Assembly (NCBI GenBank): GCA_028819255.1
Contig: JAPPMB010000064.1
Coordinates: forward strand, 93,478-157,477
From: Bryobacterales bacterium
GTDB taxonomy: Bacteria > Acidobacteriota > Terriglobia > Bryobacterales > UBA6623
Length of the DNA stretch: 64,000 nt
Reading direction: 5' to 3'
Part shown: in pieces, positions 18,808-28,373 of the stretch
Layout: every line of letters begins with the position of its first letter
Numbering within the stretch: the first letter of the stretch is position 1
Position numbers and translations under genes: made by a program
Notes under the pieces: model-generated
The model's database searches: none
Told to the model about the DNA's origin: nothing
Seen by the model: the letters and a program-made list of their open reading frames with translations, nothing else

Positions 18808-20463
18808 CTAGCGAACGTAGCGCTGGGCGATCGGGAATCTGCGGCCCATGCCGAACGCCTTCGATGTCACCCGCAGGCCGGGCGCCGCCTGCTGCCGCTT
18901 GTACTCGTTTCGGTCGACCTTTCCGGAGATCCGCCTGACCAAGTCCCGATCCTGCCCCAGTTCGGCGGCGATCTCCGAGACCGACAGGTTTTCCTCCACG
19001 TACAAGCGCAGCACCGGGTCCAGCACCTCATACGGCGGGAGCGAGTCCGAGTCCTTCTGGTCCGGGCGAAGCTCGGCGGACGGCGGCTTCCTTATCACCG
19101 ACACGGGTATCGCGTCCGGATGCCTCCGGTTCCCGACCGCGGCCAGTCTGTACGCCAGCGTCTTGGGGACGTCGCTGATCACGGCGAGGCCGCCGCACAT
19201 GTCGCCATAGATGGTGCAGTAGCCGACCGCCAGTTCGCTCTTGTTTCCCGTGGTCAGGACCAGCCCGTCGAACTTGTTCGAGAGCGCCATCAGGATGTTG
19301 CCGCGGATTCGGGCCTGCAGGTTCTCCTCGGCGATGTTCGGCTCGGTCCCGACGAAAACGGCGGACAGCTGCTGCTGGAAGGCCCTGAACGCGGGTTCGA
19401 TCGGGATGGTCTCGAACGCGATTCCGAGCGCGCTTGCGGTGTGTGCCGCGTCGGTGAGGCTTCCCTCCGACGAATAGGGTCCGGGCATGGCCACGCCCGT
19501 GACGTTCTCCGGCCCGAGCGCCTCTGCCGCGATGACCACCGTCAGCGACGAGTCAATGCCACCGCTCAGGCCGATGATCGCCTTTGCGAAACCGCACTTC
19601 CTGACGTAGTCGCGTGTTCCGGTGACCAGGGCGTCGTACACCGCCTCCACCTCGTTGGCGTCGGGCCCTGTCCAGTCGGGGCCGTGCCGGTCTCCCTCGC
19701 CGTCCGTTTCCCAATAGACGAGATCCTCCTCGAAGGACCGGGCCCGGGCCCGGACGATCCCGGCCGCGTCGATTGCGAAGCTGGACCCGTCGAAGACGAG
19801 CTGGTCGTTGCCCCCGACCTGGTTGACGAGTGCGGCTGGAACCTGATGCCGCACGGCCGCGGCCTTCAGCATGTCCGCACGAAAGGCCCGCTTGCCCATG
19901 TGGTATGGGGATGCCGAGACGTTGACGAGAAGGTCAATGCCCCGCGAAACCAGCTCCTCCACCGGGTCTCGCGCGTATCTGGACCGCACCCAGAACTGCT
20001 TGTCGTTCCAGGCGTCCTCGCAGATGGTGATGCCGATCCGCCTCCACCCCACGTTCCAGATGCCCGGCTGCCGGCCGGGAGCAAAGTACCGGGCCTCGTC
20101 GAAGACGTCGTAAGTCGGCAGGAGCACCTTGGTCGATCGGTGCTCGATCCGGCCGTTGCGGATGCCGGCCACGCAGTTGGCCGGCCGTCCAGTGTCCTCG
20201 TTCGTCCCGCAGTAGCCGACCGCAAGCGCCATTTCGAGCCCGGCTGTTGAATCGGCGAGATCCCGCAGGCACTCCTCGTTCGCCTCCAGGTAGCGCGCGG
20301 CGTCAACAAGGTCGAGAGGGGGGTAGCCGCTGATCGCGAGTTCCGGAAAGACGGCCAGATCCGCACCCCCGGCCGCGGCGCGCTCGGCGAAGCGCCGGAT
20401 CCGGTCGGTGTTCGCTCGCAAGTCTCCGACCGTCGGATTCAGCTGGGCCAGCGCCAGCTTCAT
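18808..20463 (-). CDS. nadE: Glutamine-dependent NAD+ synthetase
   Basis: Nitrilase domain (FPELAISGYP, K..LPTY, ICEDAW) plus synthetase motifs SGGIDS, ENLQARIRG, TGNKSE and PPSAEL. Confidence 0.96.
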   Translation of the reverse strand: MKLALAQLNPTVGDLRANTDRIRRFAERAAAGGADLAVFPELAISGYPPLDLVDAARYLEANEECLRDLADSTAGLEMALAVGYCGTNEDTGRPANCVAGIRNGRIEHRSTKVLLPTYDVFDEARYFAPGRQPGIWNVGWRRIGITICEDAWNDKQFWVRSRYARDPVEELVSRGIDLLVNVSASPYHMGKRAFRADMLKAAAVRHQVPAALVNQVGGNDQLVFDGSSFAIDAAGIVRARARSFEEDLVYWETDGEGDRHGPDWTGPDANEVEAVYDALVTGTRDYVRKCGFAKAIIGLSGGIDSSLTVVIAAEALGPENVTGVAMPGPYSSEGSLTDAAHTASALGIAFETIPIEPAFRAFQQQLSAVFVGTEPNIAEENLQARIRGNILMALSNKFDGLVLTTGNKSELAVGYCTIYGDMCGGLAVISDVPKTLAYRLAAVGNRRHPDAIPVSVIRKPPSAELRPDQKDSDSLPPYEVLDPVLRLYVEENLSVSEIAAELGQDRDLVRRISGKVDRNEYKRQQAAPGLRVTSKAFGMGRRFPIAQRYVR

Positions 20464-20520
20464 CGCATCGGGTCTGCGAGCCCGGGAGGTGAGACGAACA
20501 CCGGCATCCTGGCCCCGGCG

Positions 20521-21534
20521 TTACTGCTGTGGGGTCTGCTCCACCATCATCTCGGTCTCGACCTTGGCCGCCTCGAACCTGCTGGTCTCCGTGATCCGGA
20601 CCATGTTCGGGGACGCAGTGTCGTCCGGATTGCCCATGCCCAACTCGAACGTCATCGATACTTCCCTGCTTCCCACCAGCAGCCCGGCGGGATCAATCAC
20701 CGTGGACGCACGCCCCGAGACGGCTGCGCTCACATGATCTTCCGGAAGCATGGTGGTGACCATGCCTTGCGTGGCGGCTTCCTGCAGGGCGGGGACCGCA
20801 ACGGTCTCGAACTCGTTCGCCAGCGATTCGGGATCGGTGCTGAAGAGTTGGCGGAGAACCAGAGGGCCGTCCGTTTCCATCTCCGAGGTCGACACCGAGT
20901 AGACGGCAGCCGAGCCGCCGAGGGGCAGGGGCTGGGCCGCCGCTGACACGCTGATCTCGCCGACTGTGACGGTCGAGCCGATCAGTCCTTCGTAAAGCGA
21001 TCCGTAGGCCTCCTCGTCCCGCCGCTGCAGGGCGTCGACGTTGAGCATGCGAGCCATCGTGGCCGCCACCTGCGCCGCGAATCTGCCCTTCATGGCCTCC
21101 GGCAACTGCCCGTAGCCGGCTATGCCGGTCATCGTGCCGTCCTTGGACAGGTTATAGGTCAGCACCAGGTTCCTGAGCGCGGCGTTGACGGGGCTGGCGA
21201 CCTCGCTGCCGTTCCTCGTCAGCGACTGCGACACCACGGTGACCGAGTTCGTGTACCCCTCGTCGGTGCAGGTGACGAGCATCCGGCTCACGCGTGTCCG
21301 GAGGTCGGTGATCGGATCCTGCCCCGGCATGTCCGTCACCCGCTCGAACGTCTCAGTGATCTCGAACATGGATCCGTCCTCGGGCGCGTACGCGAGCTCC
21401 ACCATGGCCGGAGAAGCTGGAGACGGATCCGTGCCGGTCGTCTGGCTCGGGGAATTGGAAGTCAGCAGCAGTGCCGCCGCCAGGCTGGACAGGATTGTTC
21501 CCGGACGGAAATGGAAGCGTCGCGTCATGCTCAT
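20521..21534 (-). CDS. Secreted hypothetical protein
   Basis: Signal-like N-terminus and coding-like codon bias; no recognised domain. Confidence 0.7.
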   Translation of the reverse strand: MSMTRRFHFRPGTILSSLAAALLLTSNSPSQTTGTDPSPASPAMVELAYAPEDGSMFEITETFERVTDMPGQDPITDLRTRVSRMLVTCTDEGYTNSVTVVSQSLTRNGSEVASPVNAALRNLVLTYNLSKDGTMTGIAGYGQLPEAMKGRFAAQVAATMARMLNVDALQRRDEEAYGSLYEGLIGSTVTVGEISVSAAAQPLPLGGSAAVYSVSTSEMETDGPLVLRQLFSTDPESLANEFETVAVPALQEAATQGMVTTMLPEDHVSAAVSGRASTVIDPAGLLVGSREVSMTFELGMGNPDDTASPNMVRITETSRFEAAKVETEMMVEQTPQQ

Positions 21535-21651
21535 CTCGCAGCTTGCTGAAAAGCAAGAGTGCCGGTGGACCGGCAGATTCAGCCTAGCACGTCCGAGACG
21601 GGCAGCGCCTACCGGAGGGGCGGAACCGACAATGCGCTTCCGCGGCAGCCA

Positions 21652-22905
21652 TCAGGGAACGATTTTTCCGTCGTTGAGAGTCAGTCGGAACGGGCTGGCC
21701 CGCAGGCCGGCGGCAACGCCCTCGAAAGTGAGCATCGTGCCGGACCGCACACCTGTCCGGCGCCGGTTCTCCAGATTGACGACAACCTCTACGGATCCGC
21801 CTGGCTCGCTGCTGAAGTTGATCGTGCCGGGACGCTCGGGAGGGGTCGCCGAAACAACGTAGAGGCGCATCTTGGGACTCAGCGCGCCATTGAGGTTGCC
21901 CCAGGTCGTGCCGCCTTGGGGGCCGGTCAGAGCCTTCCTCAGATCCTTGAAAGTCCACAGCAGGGGGTTTTCCTTGCGGGACTTCTGTTCGGCTTCGAAG
22001 TCCAGCTGCTGGTCCGACTTGAGCTCGATCCTCTCCGCCGGCAAGGCCGACGCCCCGGCCATCTCCTCGAACCTCGGCCAGTAGACATTGAAGCTGTTCT
22101 CGCCGTAATTCTTCTTCAGCATGTTCTGGACATAGTCCAGGACCTGCGTGCGGCCCTCCGGAGCCATGGCATTCGGCCCGTCGTAGATCGCCGCCCGAGC
22201 GAAGTGGAAGAAGGCAACATCGTACTTTTCGGCATCGTTCTGGCCCAGTATGACCTGGCCCTGCCAGTAGGAGACCTGTCCGCGCGACGGGTCCAGCTGG
22301 AGGACCTTGTTGAACGACGCCTCGGCTTCGGAATTCTGCTTCCTCTGCATCTGGCCCCAGCCGATTGTCAGGTGCGCCGCGACCTCGGCCTGGCTGCGGG
22401 CATTGTCCCACGCGTCCTGGGCCACCGTGTCGGGCTTGGTTCCGAACTGCGTGGGGATCACCCCGAGAAGCTCGTTCGCGGCCTTGATTCCGTCTCCGAT
22501 CGTTCCGTCGTCAGCCCGGCCCAGATAGGGAGTGAAGAGGGTAATGGCGTAGTTCGCCGCGAAGTTGCCGGGAACCACGGCAAGCAGCTCCTTGGCCACG
22601 TCAACCGCCTCCGCGGTCTTGCTGGTCTTCTGGTAGCTGTCCAGATAGAACTGCAGCCGTTCCAAGTTGTAGTCGGTTTCCGGGTATTTTTCCTTCCACT
22701 CATCCAAGAGGACGATCTTGCTGGCTGGATTCTGCTCGCCATAGACCTTGGTGATGAGGTCGTACTCAGCCCTGTCCTTGTATTGCTTTTCCTGGGGGTT
22801 AGGAATCGCGACCGCGGCTACCATGAGAAGCAGGCAGAGGGCTAGAGCGGTTCGCGTAGCGTTTCTCAGATTCATTCTGAACTCCGGGAGCGTCGGTCGA
22901 CGCAT
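21652..22905 (-). CDS. Secreted TPR-like helical protein
   Basis: Signal peptide (ALALCLLLMVAAVA); TPR-like EAEASFNKVLQLDP. Start is ATG22905 (behind a -10 box) or ATG22875 (behind GGAG). Confidence 0.78.
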   Translation of the reverse strand: MRRPTLPEFRMNLRNATRTALALCLLLMVAAVAIPNPQEKQYKDRAEYDLITKVYGEQNPASKIVLLDEWKEKYPETDYNLERLQFYLDSYQKTSKTAEAVDVAKELLAVVPGNFAANYAITLFTPYLGRADDGTIGDGIKAANELLGVIPTQFGTKPDTVAQDAWDNARSQAEVAAHLTIGWGQMQRKQNSEAEASFNKVLQLDPSRGQVSYWQGQVILGQNDAEKYDVAFFHFARAAIYDGPNAMAPEGRTQVLDYVQNMLKKNYGENSFNVYWPRFEEMAGASALPAERIELKSDQQLDFEAEQKSRKENPLLWTFKDLRKALTGPQGGTTWGNLNGALSPKMRLYVVSATPPERPGTINFSSEPGGSVEVVVNLENRRRTGVRSGTMLTFEGVAAGLRASPFRLTLNDGKIVP

Positions 22906-25286
22906 TCTGGGAATCATGGCACAATCCGACACGATTCGCAACGTTCTCATCACGAACCGCACGGTACCTATCTCAGAGCGAGTATAGGACAAAGGCGGGC
23001 GCTGTGCAACCTTGGGCGTGCGAAGTCATCCTGATTCGGCGGGCTCTTGGGCCGTCGAAGTGGGTTGGTGGGACCGCGCAAGGTGTCCGGCAGCGGGATC
23101 GTCGGAGGCGCGACGGGACAGGGTAGCCGGCCGCCTTCCCCATGACGAGCAGTCCGTCCCGGGATTGCCCGCTGGCCGCGACCGCCGGTACGGTGGCATT
23201 TCAGTCGGATGTCAGGCAGCGGCTCGTATCTGCTGCTCGGCAAGGCGCTTCCAGGAAGTTCTCGCAGCCCTCGGAGGCAATGTTGCGGTGCAGGCCGCAA
23301 GTTCCACCGGCTCCGTCCCGGGTCCGGTGCATGCCGGCCTGCGACAGCCGTGCGCGGGCGATGATCATTAGAGGGCGATGATCTTAGCGGACCGCTTCCG
23401 CCATCCCGGAACCGCTCTACGGGCCGTGCACTCGGAATTCAGCAAACTGCATTCCCTCGCAGATGGCGTCCTCGCGGCGGCCCGCATGGATGCGCAGCGT
23501 GAACCGTCTTCCGTCCCTTCCATCCCAACCTCCGGCAGCGCGCGCTTTCGCGCGTCTCGGTTCGGCCCGCGATGCCGTTCCACGCACGCAGGAAATGCGG
23601 GCAAGTGCCGAAAACCTGCGTCCCGCCCGCGGCGTGCGAGACCTCGACGGTCTGAATCGCTTCTCGGTAGATTCCTGAGACCCCTTGCCGGATCGATGTT
23701 CCGCCGCCAGGATTCAATTGATGCGGCGCGGCTTATCCGGAAGACCACGCCGCTCAACCCCGCGGAGTCATGAAGATAGGTCTCGCGCGGGAAAACTGCT
23801 GTGCACGGTGACCGAGCCACCATTGCTGTTGCGGAGGCTGTGGCGGTCCCGGCTTCGGCTGATGGCGACTTGGGACTGGTCCAAGGGCTAAGGGGGTTCG
23901 GCAACCGGGCGCACGTCTGCCTTGATCCCGCCGACCAGCCGTTCATGGGGAAGGAGGATCCACGTCGTGCTTTGTTGAGACGCTTGGCAAAGGAAAGGCT
24001 CGAAGCAAACGGCCCGCTTCCCACCGGGGTCGGCGCTCGGGTTCGTTGGCGTCGGGAACCATCCCCCCGGATGGCCGTCCGTCAGTCACTCGGCGGTTGT
24101 CGGCAAATGGGCTGGCCCCGATTCGTCGGGGATAGGCGACGCGGCTGGTGGGTCTCTGCTTGCTACTGCTCCGTGGATTCCTTCTCGGATGGACCTCTGG
24201 CCGGGAAACTTCTGCAGCCAATGGAACTGGGGTCTGGCCCTCGACTTCAATGAGCGCCGGTTGACCTGTTCGAGAGCCAGCCCTCTTCTACGGGCTTCGA
24301 TTGCACACATCTGCAAGGAGCACGCAAGACACGCAAGAGCGGACCTTCTTGCGTCCATGCGCCACTCTGCCCGGCACTTCCGACGGCGGCACTCCCCGCA
24401 ACCGGCCGGCAGCATTCGGGCGGGAGCACTGCCTCAACCCGCTTGTTGCCGCGTGGTATGCCGCACGGCCGACGCCGTGTTCCGGGCGCTTTGGCCGTCC
24501 CGAGTCTCTAGGAGGATTCCTGCGCGATTCTCCAACAGTCGTGCAAGCCATGCGGGCCAAGGCTGCCTTCACAGCACCTGACACCGCTTTTTCGAGGCGC
24601 TCGGAACTCTTTCCATACCAGGGTCCGGCACGGCCGCTCTTCTGCCCGCGGCCGATGGTGTCGCGACGTCTGTTCATATCGATCTAAGACCTCCGGCCCA
24701 GACAGCAAGGCCATGCCCGGCCTTTGTGAGACCGGCGTATTGGCGGCGGCGGGTCACTCCCCCGCGTGGTCTGCAGGCGGCGGCTTGCCTTGGGCGGGAG
24801 GAACGGGGACTGTCGGACGGCAGCCGCCGGCATTGCGGCCGCCTGTCGGGACCGAATGGCGAGAACAGAGCACGAATTGTGCCGTCGGATTCGGCGCCGG
24901 GACCATCCACGGTTCGGGACTTGTCGAACGAGGCAAAGACGGAAATGGCGTTGAGTCTGGCGGCGGCCGGTGCTCTGGCTTCTGGGTTTGCCGGTGAATT
25001 CGTTCGGTCCCCGAACGTGCATTTCGGGATGTGGCGCTTCGTCCTCAGCAACCCTCGTCCACCTTGCTCCCTCTGCCGAGGGCAGGATCGGCGACCGCAG
25101 CACTGCCTTCGCCTGACCGGACGGCGAACATCCGATCTCGAGGCGATGCCGGTCATGATTCGGCTCCCTGCCGCTCTCTTCGCTTTTCGGCAATATGCCT
25201 CAGTTGCCGACAATGCCTTCCGCTGCGCAGTCCGGACTCCTTGGAGACCGTCCCCTCCATTTGCAAAGAATGCAGCGGAAGGCCGG

Positions 25287-25316
25287 TTGACAGCCCCTGA
25301 GACAGTTTGCTACATT
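25287..25316 (+). promoter_or_regulatory. Sigma70-type promoter
   Basis: TTGACA (25287-25292), 18-nt spacer ending in TGc, TACATT (25311-25316). Confidence 0.75.
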
Positions 25317-25439
25317 CATGTTTGGTGCTTGTCAGGATTCTCTCATCACGATGAGTTCCAAGACCCGCATTGCCAGCGGCCGGACGGCACACGATTGTCG
25401 AGGCGGCTGGCACTTCATCGCTGGAAAGGAAGAACCAAT

Positions 25440-25679
25440 ATGAACATCGCGCAGATCCTCTCGGAGTTGCAGGAGGAGCGGATCAAGGCCTCGAACGTCA
25501 TCAGTGCTCTGGAGGCGGAGGGTGACACGCGTGGAACGCGGAAGTTCCTGGAGACCTACATTCAGAAACGCCGGAACATTGATGCCGCCGTCATCGCCAT
25601 GGACAACCTAGCGAAGGGCAAGCGTCGAGGGCGGCGCCCTGGATGGATCGACGAGATCCGCGAAGCCTACAAGGGCTAA
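25440..25679 (+). CDS. Small basic coiled-coil protein with RRGRRPGW motif (putative nucleoid-associated DNA-binding protein)
   Basis: MNIAQILSELQEER...AMDNLAKGKRRGRRPGWIDEIREAYKG; SD AAAGGA at 25425-25430; own promoter. Confidence 0.8.
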   Translation: MNIAQILSELQEERIKASNVISALEAEGDTRGTRKFLETYIQKRRNIDAAVIAMDNLAKGKRRGRRPGWIDEIREAYKG

Positions 25680-25741
25680 TTGGTTCGGCTCACAACGCCG
25701 GTGTGGCGTCATGCAAGCCGGCCGGTTGATGCCCGACGTGC

Positions 25742-28111
25742 CTACTGGTACAGCAGGAAGCTGCTCCGTCTCAAGCGGAACTCGGTGATCGACTGAGCGA
25801 ACCCATCGCTGATCGCTGTGGCGGACCGGCCTGACAGCAGGCCGTCCGTCACATTTCGGCTTCCGATCAGCTTTTCGGACAGCGTGAAGTCCACGTTGTC
25901 TGGGTAGAGGTCGCGCAACGCGGCGGCGAGAGCCAATCCCAGCAGGGTCGGCTCCAGTGCGCGCCGGTCCGTGACCGTGAATTGAACGCCGTCAATCAGC
26001 GTGCCTTCGAACACGGATGCGCGCGGCCGATGCTTCCTGGCATAGACCCGAACTCCCGGGACCGGTGTGCGGTGGAGTGCGGCCGCCAGTTCCGCTCCGT
26101 CGATCCAGTCGGCCCCCACGAATCGAAACGGAGTGTCCGTTCCCCTTCCGACGGAATAGTCTTCCAGCCATTCGAGCATCGCGATTCCCGGATACAGCGT
26201 GGCCTGATCCAAGGTCCGGATGTTGGGTGAAGGATTCACCCAGGGCAGCCCCGTCTCGTCAAACCAGAGGCGCCGATCCCATCCCTGCATGGGCACTACC
26301 GTCAGATCGACGCCGATTCCGCGCTCCTTGTTGAACATTCGGGCCAGTTCGCCCACCGTCATTCCGTGGCGTATCGGCAGGCTGTGGTAGCCGACGAACG
26401 ACTCCAGCGCGTCTTCCAGGATCGGTCCTTCGACGCTCGTGCCGTTGATCGGGTTCGGCCTGTCCAGGACGTAGAATTCGATGTCGGCCGCCGCCGCCGC
26501 CTCCATGGCATAGCCCATGGTCGTGATGTACGTGTAGAACCGGGCTCCGATGTCCTGGACGTCGAAAACCAGGGCGTCGATCCTCTCCAGCAACTCGACT
26601 GCGGGCCTGCGACGCTCGCCCTGGTAGAGGCTATGGACCTTTACGCCGGATACCGGGTCTTCGCTGTCCCCAACCTCCGGCTGGTCGAGGATGCCCTCGA
26701 GCCCATGTTCCGGCGAGAATATCATTTCCAGGCTTAGCCGGTCGGCGGCTGCGAACAAGTCAATGTTCCGGCGGCCGGTGCGGTCGATCCCGGTGTGGTT
26801 CGTGAGCAGCCCAACCCTCTTTCCCCGAAACCGTTCAAAGTTCTCTTCGACCAACACGTCCAGGCCGGTCTTGACCTCTGCGTAGAAAGGCATGTCCCGG
26901 AGGGGCGGGCCGTCGCGCCGCGTTTCCGGCGGGAGCGCCGTCTCCGGCGAGAGGTTGGCGGCGACGATCGAGGCGACGAAGCTTCGCAGCCTAACCACCG
27001 ACGTCGAGGCCCTTGGATGGACCCGATTCGTCATCAGGACGACGAACGACTCGCTGTCTGGGTCAATCCACAAAGAGGGTCCCGTATACCCCGTGTGACC
27101 ATAGGACGCGGTTCCGAAGAGGTCGCCGCGGGGTGACGAATACGCCGTGTCGATGTCCCAGCCGATTCCCCGGGCGGCCTTGCCCTTCGGACTCTGCGGA
27201 GTGCGCATCCGAAGCACGCTCAACGGACTCAGTATGCGGACACCGTCAACCTCTCCTCCGCTCACCATCATGCGGGCGAACGTCGCCACGTCCTCTGCCG
27301 TGGAGAATAGACCGGCCTGGCCCGAGACCCCCCCCATCGCGCGGGTCGTCGGGTCGTGGACCACTCCTCTGAGAACCTCCCCATTCCCCAGCCGCTCGGT
27401 CGGCGCGATCCGAGCCCGCAGGTTCTCCGGAGGCAGAAACATTGTGTCCTTCATGCCCAGCGGCTCGAAGATCCGCTGGCTCGCGAACCGGTCGACCGGA
27501 ACACCGCTCACCGCGCGGATGATCTCCGCTAGGAGGATGTAATTGATGTCGCTGTAAACGAACCTTGACCCCGGAGGGTGGGTCGGTCGCTGCCTCATCG
27601 CGAGACCGATTCCTGTGGCGTATCCGCTCCAGGGCGGGTCCAGCTTGAGCACGGGGGGCAGCCCGGAATAGTGGGTCAGCAGCTGGCGAACCGTGATGCT
27701 CTGATCGCTGAATTCGGGCAGGTATCTCGCGACCGAATCGTTGAGGCGGACCTTTCCCTCCTCGACGAGCAACATGATCGAGGGCGCCGTCGCGATGACC
27801 TTGGTCAACGAGGCGCAGTCGAAGACGGTGTCGGGAGTCATTGGCTCGCGATCCGGAACGATGCTTCGCGAGCCGTAGCTCTTGTAGTGGAGCCTCTCGC
27901 CGCGGGACTCGATCCACGCGACAGCCCCCGGGGTCAGCCCCTCGGCGATGGCGCCGTGAATCGCCTCATCCAGCTTCTCGGCCCCCACCCACTCGGCGGG
28001 AGTCGCAGGAGCGGTCGCGAGCGCCAGGGCGACGACCCCGGCGATGGTGGCTGCGAGCGTCCACGGGCCCGAAATGACCGGTCTGCGGTGCCGGTTTCCC
28101 CGCTCGCTCAT
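25742..28111 (-). CDS. Beta-lactamase-fold serine hydrolase fused to NamZ/DUF1343 exo-beta-N-acetylmuramidase
   Basis: N-domain CASLTK, YSDINY and GHTGYTG; C-domain VGLLTNHTG, FSPEHG, FDVQDIGARFYTY, LDRPNP, RHGMTVGELA and PSPNI. Confidence 0.92.
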   Translation of the reverse strand: MSERGNRHRRPVISGPWTLAATIAGVVALALATAPATPAEWVGAEKLDEAIHGAIAEGLTPGAVAWIESRGERLHYKSYGSRSIVPDREPMTPDTVFDCASLTKVIATAPSIMLLVEEGKVRLNDSVARYLPEFSDQSITVRQLLTHYSGLPPVLKLDPPWSGYATGIGLAMRQRPTHPPGSRFVYSDINYILLAEIIRAVSGVPVDRFASQRIFEPLGMKDTMFLPPENLRARIAPTERLGNGEVLRGVVHDPTTRAMGGVSGQAGLFSTAEDVATFARMMVSGGEVDGVRILSPLSVLRMRTPQSPKGKAARGIGWDIDTAYSSPRGDLFGTASYGHTGYTGPSLWIDPDSESFVVLMTNRVHPRASTSVVRLRSFVASIVAANLSPETALPPETRRDGPPLRDMPFYAEVKTGLDVLVEENFERFRGKRVGLLTNHTGIDRTGRRNIDLFAAADRLSLEMIFSPEHGLEGILDQPEVGDSEDPVSGVKVHSLYQGERRRPAVELLERIDALVFDVQDIGARFYTYITTMGYAMEAAAAADIEFYVLDRPNPINGTSVEGPILEDALESFVGYHSLPIRHGMTVGELARMFNKERGIGVDLTVVPMQGWDRRLWFDETGLPWVNPSPNIRTLDQATLYPGIAMLEWLEDYSVGRGTDTPFRFVGADWIDGAELAAALHRTPVPGVRVYARKHRPRASVFEGTLIDGVQFTVTDRRALEPTLLGLALAAALRDLYPDNVDFTLSEKLIGSRNVTDGLLSGRSATAISDGFAQSITEFRLRRSSFLLYQ

Positions 28112-28373
28112 GCGTCCATACTAACAACGCCGATCCAGGGCCGGCAGCCCCCCAGAGCGGCGCCGGAGGCATCCCGAGAGCGGATTGCCGCAGAGTCCGC
28201 CGTCTCGCTCGCACGGCCCTGGCGGGGCAATCCGGAGAGGGGGGCGCCCGATACCGGCAGGCGTGGCATACTGAAGTTCCGAGTTGACCCGGCGGGCCGG
28301 CGGAGCGATGTGCCGCTCACTGGTCAACGCTTCCCGAGTTCTGCGCTCGCGCCGGGATCCCTCAAGCTCGACC

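Noticed and set aside
18808-20520. NAD+ (nadA-motif) riboswitch near nadE or nadK
   Set aside because: The nadE upstream gap is only about 57 bp and nadK is coupled to tlyA; no matching motif was seen.
6806-23294. 15-bp inverted match ATGTTGCGGTGCAGG between 6806-6820 and 23280-23294
   Set aside because: A few 15-mer matches are expected by chance in 64 kb of GC-rich sequence, and it does not extend.
24726-25439. 317-aa ORF as a single long protein
   Set aside because: The N-terminal ~238 aa are not coherent, and a promoter and SD lie inside it. The supported gene is 25440-25679.
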